Shown piece by piece: positions 1 through 9,245 of a stretch of DNA of 52,778 nucleotides. The notes under the pieces are model-generated. The model searched no databases. It was not told where the DNA came from and was given only the letters and a program-made list of their open reading frames with translations. Origin of the DNA: an uncultured Peptococcaceae bacterium. GTDB lineage: Bacteria; Bacillota; Desulfitobacteriia; Desulfitobacteriales; Syntrophobotulaceae. Position 1 is the stretch's first letter. Every line of letters starts with the position of its first letter. The stretch lies in contig CALBJS010000086.1 in the NCBI GenBank assembly GCA_937892995.1, positions 1 to 52,778 of the forward strand, written 5' to 3'. The position numbers and the translations under genes are program-made.

Positions 1-116
1 AAACAGTCTAGACCTGCTATAAATTAAAACTCATGGGGCTATTCAGCATCCCCTATTTACTAAAAATTCATTTTGGAAAAAATCAACTTTCTGGCTAAAA
101 GAAAGGATAAAAAACT

Positions 117-1223
117 ATGTCTAAAATTCTTATCCTTGGTGGTACAGGTCAAACAGGTAGATTGCTATCGCGTCATATATTGGAGTATTCTAAGGCTACA
201 GTGACAATCGGGACAAGATATCCTAACAAAGCCAAGGCATTTATCGATGAGTTGAATCAAAATTACACTGGTATACGTGCATCTGCAATTTATGCAAACG
301 CTTCAGATGCCGAATCCTTACAGGAAGCGTTTCCAGGTCATTCTCTTGTTGTGGTCGCAGCACCCACTACTGCCTACACGGAAAGTGTGGCCCAAGCTGC
401 TCTTCAGGCTGGTATTGATTATCTTGATGTGCAGCTTGACCCTAAGAAATTTGCTTATTTGCAGTCTATTAAAGAAGAAATCGAATGTGCCGGAAAGACC
501 TTTATCACGGAGGCCGGTTTCCATCCTGGGCTTCCTTCCGCTCTTGTTCGTTATGCTGCGGCTCATATGGATTCGATGGAAAGTGCTATAACAGCAGGTT
601 ATCTCAATATGGGAAAAGACCTTCCGTATACTGAAGCGGTTGACGAATTGATAGAGTTATTTAAGGAATATCAGGGTCAGGTTTATAAGAACGGTAAATG
701 GACGAAAACGAGCTCATATAATATACGGAAAATAGATTTTGGGGGTGACATCGGATTGAAGCAGTGCTATTCCATGTTCTTTGAGGAATTGCGAACGCTG
801 CCGGAGATGTACCCCTCACTCAAGGAGGTCGGCTTCTATATCTCAGAGTCACATTGGGTGACAGACTGGGTGATTATGCCGATTGTCTGGATGTGGCTCA
901 AAATAAGGCCCAGTGCTGTCAGGTCGATTGGTAAGCTTTTATGGTGGGGAATGGGTACTTTTCACAAACCACCTTATCGGGTTGAACTCCAGGTTAGGGC
1001 TTCTGGATTTAAGGATGGGCAGATGATAAAATCCCATGTAAGCGTTTCTCATCCCGATGGTTACGAATTGACAGCCATCCCCGTTGTTGCAGCATTATTA
1101 CAATACCTGGATGGTACTGCCCGGAAGCCGGGACTGTGGATGATGGGGCACTTGGTTGAGCCTAATCGTTTATTTAAAGATATGGAAAAAATGGGTGTGA
1201 AATGTATAACGAACTTTCAATAA
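117..1223 (+). CDS. Saccharopine dehydrogenase-like NAD(P)-binding oxidoreductase
   Basis: 368-aa ORF. N-terminal Rossmann motif ILILGGTGQTGR. Overall resemblance to the saccharopine dehydrogenase/homospermidine synthase-like family. Weak RBS upstream. Confidence 0.7.
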   Translation: MSKILILGGTGQTGRLLSRHILEYSKATVTIGTRYPNKAKAFIDELNQNYTGIRASAIYANASDAESLQEAFPGHSLVVVAAPTTAYTESVAQAALQAGIDYLDVQLDPKKFAYLQSIKEEIECAGKTFITEAGFHPGLPSALVRYAAAHMDSMESAITAGYLNMGKDLPYTEAVDELIELFKEYQGQVYKNGKWTKTSSYNIRKIDFGGDIGLKQCYSMFFEELRTLPEMYPSLKEVGFYISESHWVTDWVIMPIVWMWLKIRPSAVRSIGKLLWWGMGTFHKPPYRVELQVRASGFKDGQMIKSHVSVSHPDGYELTAIPVVAALLQYLDGTARKPGLWMMGHLVEPNRLFKDMEKMGVKCITNFQ

Positions 1224-1292
1224 AATTAAAAGGCTAATCCGCTTGAACCAAGATGGATACTGCAGTTAACAGCGAGTTCCCAAAGTTTCGGA

Positions 1293-1336
1293 AATATGAA
1301 TGTAATAACCAGACTTCGGGAATTGGCGAAACGTTA
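1293..1336. repeat. Copy A of a 44-nt imperfect direct repeat (partner at 9070..9113)
   Basis: aatatgaaTgtaAtaaccagacttcGggaaTTGGcgaaacgtta versus aatatgaaCgtaGtaaccagacttcAggaaCCCTcgaaacgtta. 37 of 44 positions identical by eye. Both copies are intergenic. Confidence 0.55.
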
Positions 1337-1475
1337 GGTGAAGCTTTCTGATTTTAAATATTTGAAGGATTGATTATATGCTAATCAATCATGGTATTTG
1401 GAGAATAGGTCAAACAATTACAGAGTAAGAGAAATAAAACTACAGAATCATAAGTAGTAATAGTCAAGAGTAAGC

Positions 1476-1781
1476 TTGTGCGGTAAAAAAAAGGGGGAAT
1501 CCTGCTTTGACAACATTCAGTCTTTGCCAGAACAAGTAAATGGAGTAGTTGTCGTAGTTCCGCCGAATCAAACAGAAAAAGTGGTTAAGGAGGCGGTTGC
1601 AGCAGGAATTAAACATATTTGGATACAGCAAGGTGCTGAATCCTCAAATGCTATTGACTTCTGTGAAAAAAATGGAATCAACGTGATATATGATCACTGC
1701 ATATTGATGTTTGCCGAACCCTCATTAATACACAAATGTCATCGTTACGTGTGGAGGGTATTGGGGAAATTGCCAAAGTAA
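1476..1781 (+). pseudogene. CoA-binding (YccU/YneT-like) domain protein, N-terminally truncated fragment
   Basis: 101 aa matches only the C-terminal two thirds of about 140-aa CoA-binding proteins (VVVVVPPNQTEKVVKEAVAAGIKHIWIQQGAES). The N-terminal Rossmann segment is absent. An in-frame stop lies just upstream, the start is non-ATG, and there is no RBS. Confidence 0.5.
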
Positions 1782-2051
1782 ACCATACTTCTTTTAATTT
1801 CATAACCGCTAAAAAAACTATCCGTATTTTTTAAGAAATTCAAATAAGAAGGGGCGACGTCCTAGAGCACAGTAAAACTTTCGCCCAGTCTTTATTGTAT
1901 AAGTCATTTACTAAAGAAAGGAAATTGCTTTTTATACCAAGATTGGCAGCATCCTCAAAGAGTTCATTTTCTCTTCCTCTTGGGCTTGCTGATTTTGCCC
2001 GTTGGAATATAAAAGGAAATGGAAAAACAGGCTGGCAAGGGAGTAATGTAA

Positions 2052-3500
2052 ATGGAAGATCATAAAGATGACAGGATTGAGTTTCTTGAATTCGAAAATG
2101 CCCTATTAAAAGATGTTATTGATAATGTTCATGAAGGAATTTATGCAATCAATACAAATGATGGGATTATTTTATATAACAAAGTAGTTGAAGAAATGGA
2201 TGGACTAAGACGTGAAGATATTTTGGGGAAAAATGAAAATGATGTTTACTCTATGTTTAACGGCCACAACTTTTCCTCATATGAAAGTCGAGCAAAGCTA
2301 AATAGAAAACCAGTTTTAGAAGAAAACTTTAATTATACTCTACCTAATGGAAAAAAAATTAATTTAATAGTTAGTGCCTTTCCTTTTTTTTATAAAGGAA
2401 GTCTCGCGGCAATTTACAGTATCGGTCGTGATGTTAAACAAATCGAGAAATTTATTACCAGGACATTAGAAGTCAAGAAACAGCACTTATTTGAGGAAAA
2501 TAAGGGTGGACAGAATGGAGCAAAATATTTTCTTGATGACATTATAGGCTCTAGCGAAAGAATGACCGAGGTTCTAAGAATAGCTCGTAAGGTTGCAACA
2601 AACGATTTTCCAGTTTTAATTATAGGGGAAACTGGCGTTGGCAAAGAACTTTTTGCACAAGGTATTCATAATGCAAGTTTGTTTAATCAAGGTCCTTTTG
2701 TTCCAATAAATTGTGCAGCAATTCCTGATAGTCTTCTGGAATCTCTCTTATTTGGAACCGTAAAGGGGGCGTTCACTGGGGCAACAGATCACCCAGGATT
2801 GTTTGAACAGGCTAAAAATGGTACGGTTTTCCTTGATGAGATTAATTCAATGCCAATTAATTTACAACCAAAATTATTACGTGCTCTCGAAGAAAAGATG
2901 GTACGTAGGATCGGTAGTGATAAGCAGACCAAAATTAACTGTCGAATCCTTAGTTCGTCAAACCAAGACCTATTCAATCAGTCGAAGGAAATGACAATCA
3001 GATCTGATTTGCTGTACCGACTTGCAACTATTGTTATAAGCGTACCTCCATTACGTGAAAGGGGTCAGGATATTATTATTCTGTCAAATCATTTTATCAA
3101 AAAATTGAATAATAAGTATGGCGTTAAAATTAAAGAATTATCCGAAGAAGTTTCCGATTCATTTCTAAATTATCATTGGCCTGGAAATGCAAGAGAGTTG
3201 CGTAACGTCATAGAAAGCGTTTTCAGTATTGTTGATAATAAAGAAAAACAGATCACAATGAAACATATTCCAATATATTATAAACAGAGGCTATTATCAC
3301 AGAAATATGCAATATCCAATATGGGAGAAGGTGTCGGAACTCTAAAAGAAATAATGTGGATGATGGAAAAACAGGTGATTGAAGATGCTTTACAAAAGAA
3401 TGACTGGAATGTATCTAAAACTGCCAGGGAATTTGGATTACTTAGACAGAACTTACAACAGAAAATACGTCACTTTCAATTAAAGAGACCCGGCAATTAA
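2052..3500 (+). CDS. Sigma-54-dependent transcriptional activator with N-terminal PAS sensor and C-terminal Fis-type HTH
   Basis: AAA+ Walker A GETGVGKE, GAFTGA sigma-54 contact loop (VKGAFTGAT), C-terminal HTH (NVSKTAREFGLLRQNLQQKI). A PAS-like N-terminal domain of about 130 aa. Confidence 0.9.
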   Translation: MEDHKDDRIEFLEFENALLKDVIDNVHEGIYAINTNDGIILYNKVVEEMDGLRREDILGKNENDVYSMFNGHNFSSYESRAKLNRKPVLEENFNYTLPNGKKINLIVSAFPFFYKGSLAAIYSIGRDVKQIEKFITRTLEVKKQHLFEENKGGQNGAKYFLDDIIGSSERMTEVLRIARKVATNDFPVLIIGETGVGKELFAQGIHNASLFNQGPFVPINCAAIPDSLLESLLFGTVKGAFTGATDHPGLFEQAKNGTVFLDEINSMPINLQPKLLRALEEKMVRRIGSDKQTKINCRILSSSNQDLFNQSKEMTIRSDLLYRLATIVISVPPLRERGQDIIILSNHFIKKLNNKYGVKIKELSEEVSDSFLNYHWPGNARELRNVIESVFSIVDNKEKQITMKHIPIYYKQRLLSQKYAISNMGEGVGTLKEIMWMMEKQVIEDALQKNDWNVSKTAREFGLLRQNLQQKIRHFQLKRPGN

Positions 3501-3572
3501 TCAACAATAGAAACAATCTGCCTTCGAAATCATGCATGCATGAAATTTTATCTATGCATAATTGTATGGATT

Positions 3573-3612
3573 AAGGACCGTAGTGAATGAAAATTCATTC
3601 ACTACGGTCCTT
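3573..3612 (+). terminator. Intrinsic terminator-like hairpin after the sigma-54 activator gene
   Basis: Perfect 18-bp stem aaggaccgtagtgaatga / tcattcactacggtcctt with a 4-nt loop, followed by T/A-rich tatattatt. Confidence 0.6.
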
Positions 3613-3721
3613 ATATTATTATAATGCCGAATTAAGTTAATTATAGACTTTTTTGCCTAAGAGTGCTTGTAAACAGGCTTTGAAGGCACTCTTCCGGTTT
3701 ATTTATACATTAATTTGTACA

Positions 3722-3737
3722 TGGCATTAAATTTGCA
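3722..3737 (+). promoter_or_regulatory. Sigma-54 (-24/-12) promoter of the molybdoenzyme operon
   Basis: TGGCAT-taaat-TTGCA matches the TGGCAC-N5-TTGCW consensus with correct spacing. It sits about 55 nt upstream of the dmsA-like start and downstream of a sigma-54 activator gene. Confidence 0.75.
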
Positions 3738-3790
3738 CTACAGTATTTTGAATTGTTTATTTAAAAATTTATAGAAGAAGGAGAAGAGGT

Positions 3791-6505
3791 ATGGGAAATT
3801 TTATTGGGAAAATCTCAGAAAAACGAATAAGTCGTAGAAATTTCTTAAAAGCCAGTGCAGCTTCTGCCGCTAGTCTAAGTTTGATTGGTTGTGGCACTAG
3901 TTTAAAGACTCTGGCTGCAGGAGCAACTGCGGCAGCGACTGAAGACAAGGGTAAATGGATTCCTTGTGCTTGCTGGGTTGATTGTGGGGGTCGATGTGTA
4001 AACAAAGCTCTGGTTATTGATGGAATTGTCGTAAGGCAAAAAACAGATGACAGTCATCCCGACAGCCCGGACTTTCCCCAACAGAGAGGTTGTATAAGAG
4101 GGCGCTCCCAACGGAAACATATCTTAGGTGCAGACAGACTTAAATATCCCATGAAGCGTAAGCATTGGGAGCCCAATGGCGGCGGCGACAAATCTTTGCG
4201 CGGACGAGATGAATGGGTACGGATTTCCTGGAACGAAGCACTGGATTATGTAGCTGCGGAAATTAATCGCATTGTTAAAAACTATGGGTGTACGTCAGTT
4301 TTAGCTACGGATTCCATGAAAACAGATGTCATTAACCTGATGAATTTGATGGGCGGATGCACTGTTCAATATATGACGGCTTCCTATGGTGCTTGGCAAA
4401 ACGGCGCGAGGTTTATTGGATCCGGCTATGATGCAATATCAACGTGCAGTGACCGTTTTGATCTACGCAATTGCGATCTTGTTGTGCTATGGGGAGTAAA
4501 CCCGGCCTGGAGTTCCGGTGGGAATCCCACCTATTGGTTAAAATCAGTCAAGGAGGCTGGTGCGAAATTTATTGGGATCGATCCTATGTTCAACGATACC
4601 TATAACACAATGGATGCGGAGTGGATTCCCATCCGGCCCGGCACAGACATGGCCATGCTTTTTGCTATAGCCTATACGCTAATAACTGAAGACGACCCTG
4701 TAACCAACCCGTTAATTGACTGGGACTTCCTGGAACGGTGCACGATTGGGTTCGATGCTGATCATTTGCCTGAGGGAGTGGAACCGCAAGAAAACTTCAA
4801 AGACTATGTTTTGGGCACGTATGACGGGATACCCAAGAATCCTGAATGGGCTTATGAAATTTGCGGGGTGGATCCTAATGTGATCAAGCAGTTTGCCCTG
4901 ATGATCGGCAAAGATCGAAAAGTTGCCTTGCTTACCGGTTATGCACCATCCCGTACCTTTAATACCGATAGTTTGCCCCAGCTGTTTATGACCATAGGGG
5001 CCATGACCGGGCATATCGGTAAATCGGGACATATGACCGGCATTGGCAACTTTATCAGAGGATTTAACGGCGGGCCGGATATTGCTATGAGTGGTAAAGA
5101 CTGGTATGACTTATATTCAGCTCATAGCGGCGAGTTTGCGGATCCTCGCAACGGCAGCCCTATAAAGCATGAGGATATTCCTGTGGTTGAATGCAAGGAA
5201 ATGTGGAACAACGCTCTGCTCAAAGGCGAATGGAAAGATTTCGGTAACGGTTTGTTTGATGAGCTTACACCGCCAAAACAACAAAAAATTGAAATCAAAA
5301 TGCTGATCAGTAGTTTTGACAACGTTGTTAATTGCAATCCGAATGTTAATCAAGCCATTAAAGCACTAAGAGAAGGTACTGTTGACACGATTATTCGTCA
5401 GGATATTAATTTCACTCCTACAGCCCAATATGCGGACATTGTTCTGCCGGCAATTACTCCATGGGAAAGACCGGGCGGGCAGGCAGAGTTTTGGTACCAC
5501 AATAAGGAAGCAGTATTCTACTATTTCCAAATAATGAAACCAATTTTTGAAGCAAAGGATGATCAATGGATCGTCAAAGAGGTTGCTAAGCGCCTCGGAT
5601 TTAAGGATGAGGATCTGTTCCCTATTCCCCGTATAGAGCAGGAATTCGTTCATATGCATGAATCAAGGGTGTGTAACGAAAAGGGCGAGATAGAACCGAT
5701 GGTTACGATTACCCAAGAAGACATTAATGAATATGGTTTAGAAAACCTGAAGAAGTATTGTGAAAAAATTGGCGATGATTCACTGCTTCAACCTCAGGTT
5801 GGCAGGCTAACCGTTAAAGAACTGAAAGAAAGAGGCTGCTATCAAACGCCCAGAAAGCCGGATGATGCGTACGTCTATATACCGATGAAAGAGTTCAGAG
5901 ATGACCCGGAAGCCAATCCTATACCGACTACAGAAAGCGGCAAAATTGAGATTTACAGCAAGAAACTTGCCGAGGTATTTAATGCAATGGGTTATAGCGT
6001 TATTAAACCGTATCCAACATACATTGTTCCACTGCAAGGATATGAAACAACTTTCAGTGATTTTAAAAACAAGGTCAAAGGTGAATACCCTTACCAGGTT
6101 ATCAATCCCCATTACATGGGCCGGCAGCACTCTACAATGAACCAAGTTTCCTGGTTGCGAGAAGCTTTTCAAAATCCGGTCTATATCAGCTCCCAAGATG
6201 CTAAGGAAAAAGGATTTGTTGATGGAGATACCATTTTACTAACCAGTGCTTACGGGAAGACCATCCGCCGGGCCTGTGTAACAGAAAGGTTGATACCTGG
6301 AACTTTAGGTCTGCCCCATGGCGCATGGTTGGATATCGATCCCGAGACCGGGATCGACAGAGGCGGACATGATAATACCCTTACTTCTTCAGCGGCAGTT
6401 GGCCAGGCTGTAGATGCCTATAATTCTTCATTGGTTAATATGGAGAAGTACACCGGCAAACCTCTGCCAAGGCACGAGCATGAGCCGATCAAGACTATTT
6501 TTTAG
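3791..6505 (+). CDS. DMSO reductase-family molybdopterin oxidoreductase, catalytic A subunit (Tat signal plus lipobox)
   Basis: 904 aa. Twin-arginine motif SRRNFLKAS followed by LIGC lipobox. FS0 cluster motif CACWVDCGGRC as in DmsA/YnfE-type enzymes. Strong RBS gaaggagaagagg. Confidence 0.9.
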   Translation: MGNFIGKISEKRISRRNFLKASAASAASLSLIGCGTSLKTLAAGATAAATEDKGKWIPCACWVDCGGRCVNKALVIDGIVVRQKTDDSHPDSPDFPQQRGCIRGRSQRKHILGADRLKYPMKRKHWEPNGGGDKSLRGRDEWVRISWNEALDYVAAEINRIVKNYGCTSVLATDSMKTDVINLMNLMGGCTVQYMTASYGAWQNGARFIGSGYDAISTCSDRFDLRNCDLVVLWGVNPAWSSGGNPTYWLKSVKEAGAKFIGIDPMFNDTYNTMDAEWIPIRPGTDMAMLFAIAYTLITEDDPVTNPLIDWDFLERCTIGFDADHLPEGVEPQENFKDYVLGTYDGIPKNPEWAYEICGVDPNVIKQFALMIGKDRKVALLTGYAPSRTFNTDSLPQLFMTIGAMTGHIGKSGHMTGIGNFIRGFNGGPDIAMSGKDWYDLYSAHSGEFADPRNGSPIKHEDIPVVECKEMWNNALLKGEWKDFGNGLFDELTPPKQQKIEIKMLISSFDNVVNCNPNVNQAIKALREGTVDTIIRQDINFTPTAQYADIVLPAITPWERPGGQAEFWYHNKEAVFYYFQIMKPIFEAKDDQWIVKEVAKRLGFKDEDLFPIPRIEQEFVHMHESRVCNEKGEIEPMVTITQEDINEYGLENLKKYCEKIGDDSLLQPQVGRLTVKELKERGCYQTPRKPDDAYVYIPMKEFRDDPEANPIPTTESGKIEIYSKKLAEVFNAMGYSVIKPYPTYIVPLQGYETTFSDFKNKVKGEYPYQVINPHYMGRQHSTMNQVSWLREAFQNPVYISSQDAKEKGFVDGDTILLTSAYGKTIRRACVTERLIPGTLGLPHGAWLDIDPETGIDRGGHDNTLTSSAAVGQAVDAYNSSLVNMEKYTGKPLPRHEHEPIKTIF

Positions 6506-6537
6506 AATTGGATTAATATAAGAAGGGAGACCAAAAA

Positions 6538-7116
6538 ATGGCCAGAAAAGGATTTTATTTTGATATGACCTCTTGCATTGGCTGCCGGACCTGTCAAGTT
6601 GCCTGTAAGGACAAAAACAATTTGGAAGTTGGAATTTTATTTCGCCATGTAAGAAGTTTTGAAAGCGGTAAGTTTCCAAAACCAGGATTTCATCATTTTT
6701 CCGGTACATGCAATCACTGCGAAAAAGCAAAATGTGTGGAAGGTTGTCCTACCGGTGCTATGTATATTGCGGAAGACGGAACGGTACAGCATGATGATAA
6801 GAAATGTATAGGATGTAAATATTGTACCTGGAATTGTCCCTATGGAAATCCCAAGTTCATTGAAGAAACAGGTATAGTCGGCAAATGTGACAGTTGTAAA
6901 GATCTTCGTGATGCTGGAGGAAACCCTGCCTGTGTAGATGCATGTGTCATGCGCTGTTTGGAATTCGGGGATTTAGACGAGCTTACCACAAAGCATGGGG
7001 CCGGCCTTGTTAAAGAACTGCCTATCTTACCGTTACAAAGTGCCACGAATCCTTCACTACTGGTAAAACCTAAGAGCAGTGCACTCGTATCTAAATTTAA
7101 GGAAACGGAGGTGTAA
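6538..7116 (+). CDS. 4Fe-4S ferredoxin-type electron-transfer B subunit (DmsB-like)
   Basis: 192 aa with four Cys clusters (CIGCRTCQVAC, CNHCEKAKC, CIGCKYCTWNC, CDSC...CVDAC) typical of DmsB/NrfC family. Confidence 0.9.
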   Translation: MARKGFYFDMTSCIGCRTCQVACKDKNNLEVGILFRHVRSFESGKFPKPGFHHFSGTCNHCEKAKCVEGCPTGAMYIAEDGTVQHDDKKCIGCKYCTWNCPYGNPKFIEETGIVGKCDSCKDLRDAGGNPACVDACVMRCLEFGDLDELTTKHGAGLVKELPILPLQSATNPSLLVKPKSSALVSKFKETEV

Positions 7117-7120
7117 ATCC

Positions 7121-8011
7121 ATGGAACAAATTACTCTACTCATATTTTCCATTTGTGTTCAAGCAGCAATAGGTATTATTGTTTTTGTTGCTATTGCCAA
7201 ACTATTGAATAAAGAGGGCACGTTTAAACTGCCTGTGGTAACAGCAGCGGGATTAGCTGTTATAGGTCTGATTGCTTCACTTCTTCATTTAGGTCGTCCT
7301 CTTCGTGCGCTTAATTCTTTAATGTATTTTGCAAGTTCCTGGTTGAGCCGCGAGATTTGGTTTACGGCACTCTTTACCGGATTGACGGTTATCGCCGCTT
7401 TGTTGATTTTATTTAAACCTGATGTGAAAAATGCTGCCAAGGCATTAATCCCCATTGCAGCCATTTTTGGTTTGATCGATGTTTATATGATGGCCTCAGT
7501 TTATCATTTTGCAAGTGTACCTGCTTGGCAATCCTGCACCACATACGTTGAATTTTATACGACCATGATCTCTATGGGTGCTGTACTTTTCTTGGTTTTA
7601 GGCCGGAGTGAAGCTACAGGCATGACGAAAATTGCAGGTATAACGGTAGGTCTAGCCGTTGCTATCCAAGTAGTATCCATGATGATTTACTATGTGGGGC
7701 TCGGTATTAATCCAAGCCTGGCGGCTCAGCAAAGTCTCACCCTTATTGCCAATATGAGCATGGCACTGGCAATAAATTTGATCTTTATTTTATGTGGTAC
7801 AGGATTGATTTTATTCTCCTTAGGAGGAACGAATAAAGTAGTATCTCCGGGCAATACTGCAGCATTAGAAACAGCTGTTACAACGGAAACCGTTTCGGCA
7901 GGTTCTACCGGAATCCTTGCCCTCGCAGCAGCAGCACTCGTAATTGGTCTAATTGTTGGGAGATACCTCTTCTATGCGATGATGGTCATTTCCAGGGTTG
8001 GATTAAATTAG
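7121..8011 (+). CDS. DmsC/YnfH-like membrane anchor subunit
   Basis: Polytopic hydrophobic protein (about 8 TM) directly after the B subunit. Start moved to the ATG at 7121, which follows RBS ggaggtg. The track start at 7079 overlaps dmsB. Confidence 0.75.
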   Translation: MEQITLLIFSICVQAAIGIIVFVAIAKLLNKEGTFKLPVVTAAGLAVIGLIASLLHLGRPLRALNSLMYFASSWLSREIWFTALFTGLTVIAALLILFKPDVKNAAKALIPIAAIFGLIDVYMMASVYHFASVPAWQSCTTYVEFYTTMISMGAVLFLVLGRSEATGMTKIAGITVGLAVAIQVVSMMIYYVGLGINPSLAAQQSLTLIANMSMALAINLIFILCGTGLILFSLGGTNKVVSPGNTAALETAVTTETVSAGSTGILALAAAALVIGLIVGRYLFYAMMVISRVGLN

Positions 8012-8085
8012 GCTTGTTTCCCCAACTTTCCCGGTATGAATGCCGGGGAAGTCGGGGAAGTACAAAACAAAAGGCGGTATTTGGA

Positions 8086-8775
8086 ATGAAAACACAAAAT
8101 GATGAGATTGCGATCATACTTGCGAACCGGCACTACCTTTACCAACTTTTACAGCACATTTTCGGGAATGAACCAAACCTAAATATGTTAGAAATTGCAA
8201 CAAACGATCATACTATTGATGCTATACAATTGATGGAAAACGGAGATATCAAATTTGATTTTTTTGTGGAATTATTTGATAAACTAAGGAATGCAATTCT
8301 AACGGATCAAGAAGCATTGCTAGATAAGCTAAAAACGGAATATACCTATTTAATGATCGGACCAGATAAATTGCCTGCACCTCCCTGGGAATCGGTTTAT
8401 CGAACAAAAGAGAGACTTATTTTTCAGGAAAGTACCTTAGCCGTACGGCGTGCTTATTTGAAATATCAGTTTTTACCGGCTAATTATCCCCACGAAGCAG
8501 ATGACCACATTGCCTTGGAATTGGATTTTATGGCCCATCTTGCAAAATTAACCCTAGAAAGCTTTGAAGATAATGGTATTGAAGAAGTCAAAAGGCTTTT
8601 AGCCGATCAGAAATCGTTTTTAGATGAGCATTTGTTGGTTTGGATAGATCAGTTTGCCGACCAAATTCAAAATTCCAAAACCCACTATTTTTACCCGCAG
8701 ATTGCAGTGCTTACAAAACAGCTGGTAGGGATTGATGCGGATGTGATTGATGAGCTTGTTTCACTACTTGAATAA
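8086..8775 (+). CDS. TorD/DmsD-family redox enzyme maturation chaperone
   Basis: About 229 aa with TorD-like motifs (PPWESVY, EADDHIALELDFMAHL). Positioned after the ABC subunits. Internal ATG at 8086 preferred over the track start at 8014. Confidence 0.75.
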   Translation: MKTQNDEIAIILANRHYLYQLLQHIFGNEPNLNMLEIATNDHTIDAIQLMENGDIKFDFFVELFDKLRNAILTDQEALLDKLKTEYTYLMIGPDKLPAPPWESVYRTKERLIFQESTLAVRRAYLKYQFLPANYPHEADDHIALELDFMAHLAKLTLESFEDNGIEEVKRLLADQKSFLDEHLLVWIDQFADQIQNSKTHYFYPQIAVLTKQLVGIDADVIDELVSLLE

Positions 8776-8866
8776 GGAACTTTGTAAAAAAAATCAAATA
8801 CCTTTTCATCCTGGTACCTGTCTTAACTTCTCAAAAATAACATAGGTTTTATTACTGAGGTGAGAC

Positions 8867-9010
8867 ATGGTAACTTTAGAAATTATCACACCCTCTATAG
8901 CCGTTATTGTGCTAATAATAGCCTTAATACTTTTTGGGCCTAGAAAGCACCCTAAATCGGGAAAGGTTTGGATAGAGGTATTTAAATATTATTTTTCGGC
9001 TCATTTATGA
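8867..9010 (+). CDS. Small TatA/E-like membrane protein (47 aa; below ORF-track cutoff)
   Basis: ATG preceded by RBS gaggtgag. Translation is MVTLEIITPSIAVIVLIIALILFGPRKHPKSGKVWIEVFKYYFSAHL. It has one TM helix followed by FGPxK-P-xxG...FK, resembling the TatA hinge/amphipathic signature. Confidence 0.45.
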   Translation: MVTLEIITPSIAVIVLIIALILFGPRKHPKSGKVWIEVFKYYFSAHL

Positions 9011-9069
9011 GCCTATTTTTGTTAATTTTAATAGAAAGATGAGAACAGGGAGTACCTAAAATATGGTAT

Positions 9070-9113
9070 AATATGAACGTAGTAACCAGACTTCAGGAAC
9101 CCTCGAAACGTTA
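9070..9113. repeat. Copy B of the 44-nt imperfect direct repeat (partner at 1293..1336)
   Basis: See copy A. An extended -10 tgGTATAAT (9064..9072) lies immediately upstream, and a hairpin at 9219..9241 lies downstream. Confidence 0.55.
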
Positions 9114-9245
9114 TCTGCAATGCCACAAGTGCCGCACGAATTTTCTGAGAAAGGGCTTAGAAATATATTTTCTTATTCTAAATATAACAATAACGGATTA
9201 ATTTTATAATCTTTCTCCTAGCAGACAAAAAAAGTCTGCTATTTA

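Noticed and set aside
3769-6196. Numerous 70-130-aa ORFs antisense or out of frame within the dmsA-like gene (e.g. 3769..4005, 4712..5032, 5807..6196)
   Set aside because: They are entirely nested in a 904-aa gene with strong family motifs. They have no RBS and a skewed composition, which is typical of shadow ORFs.
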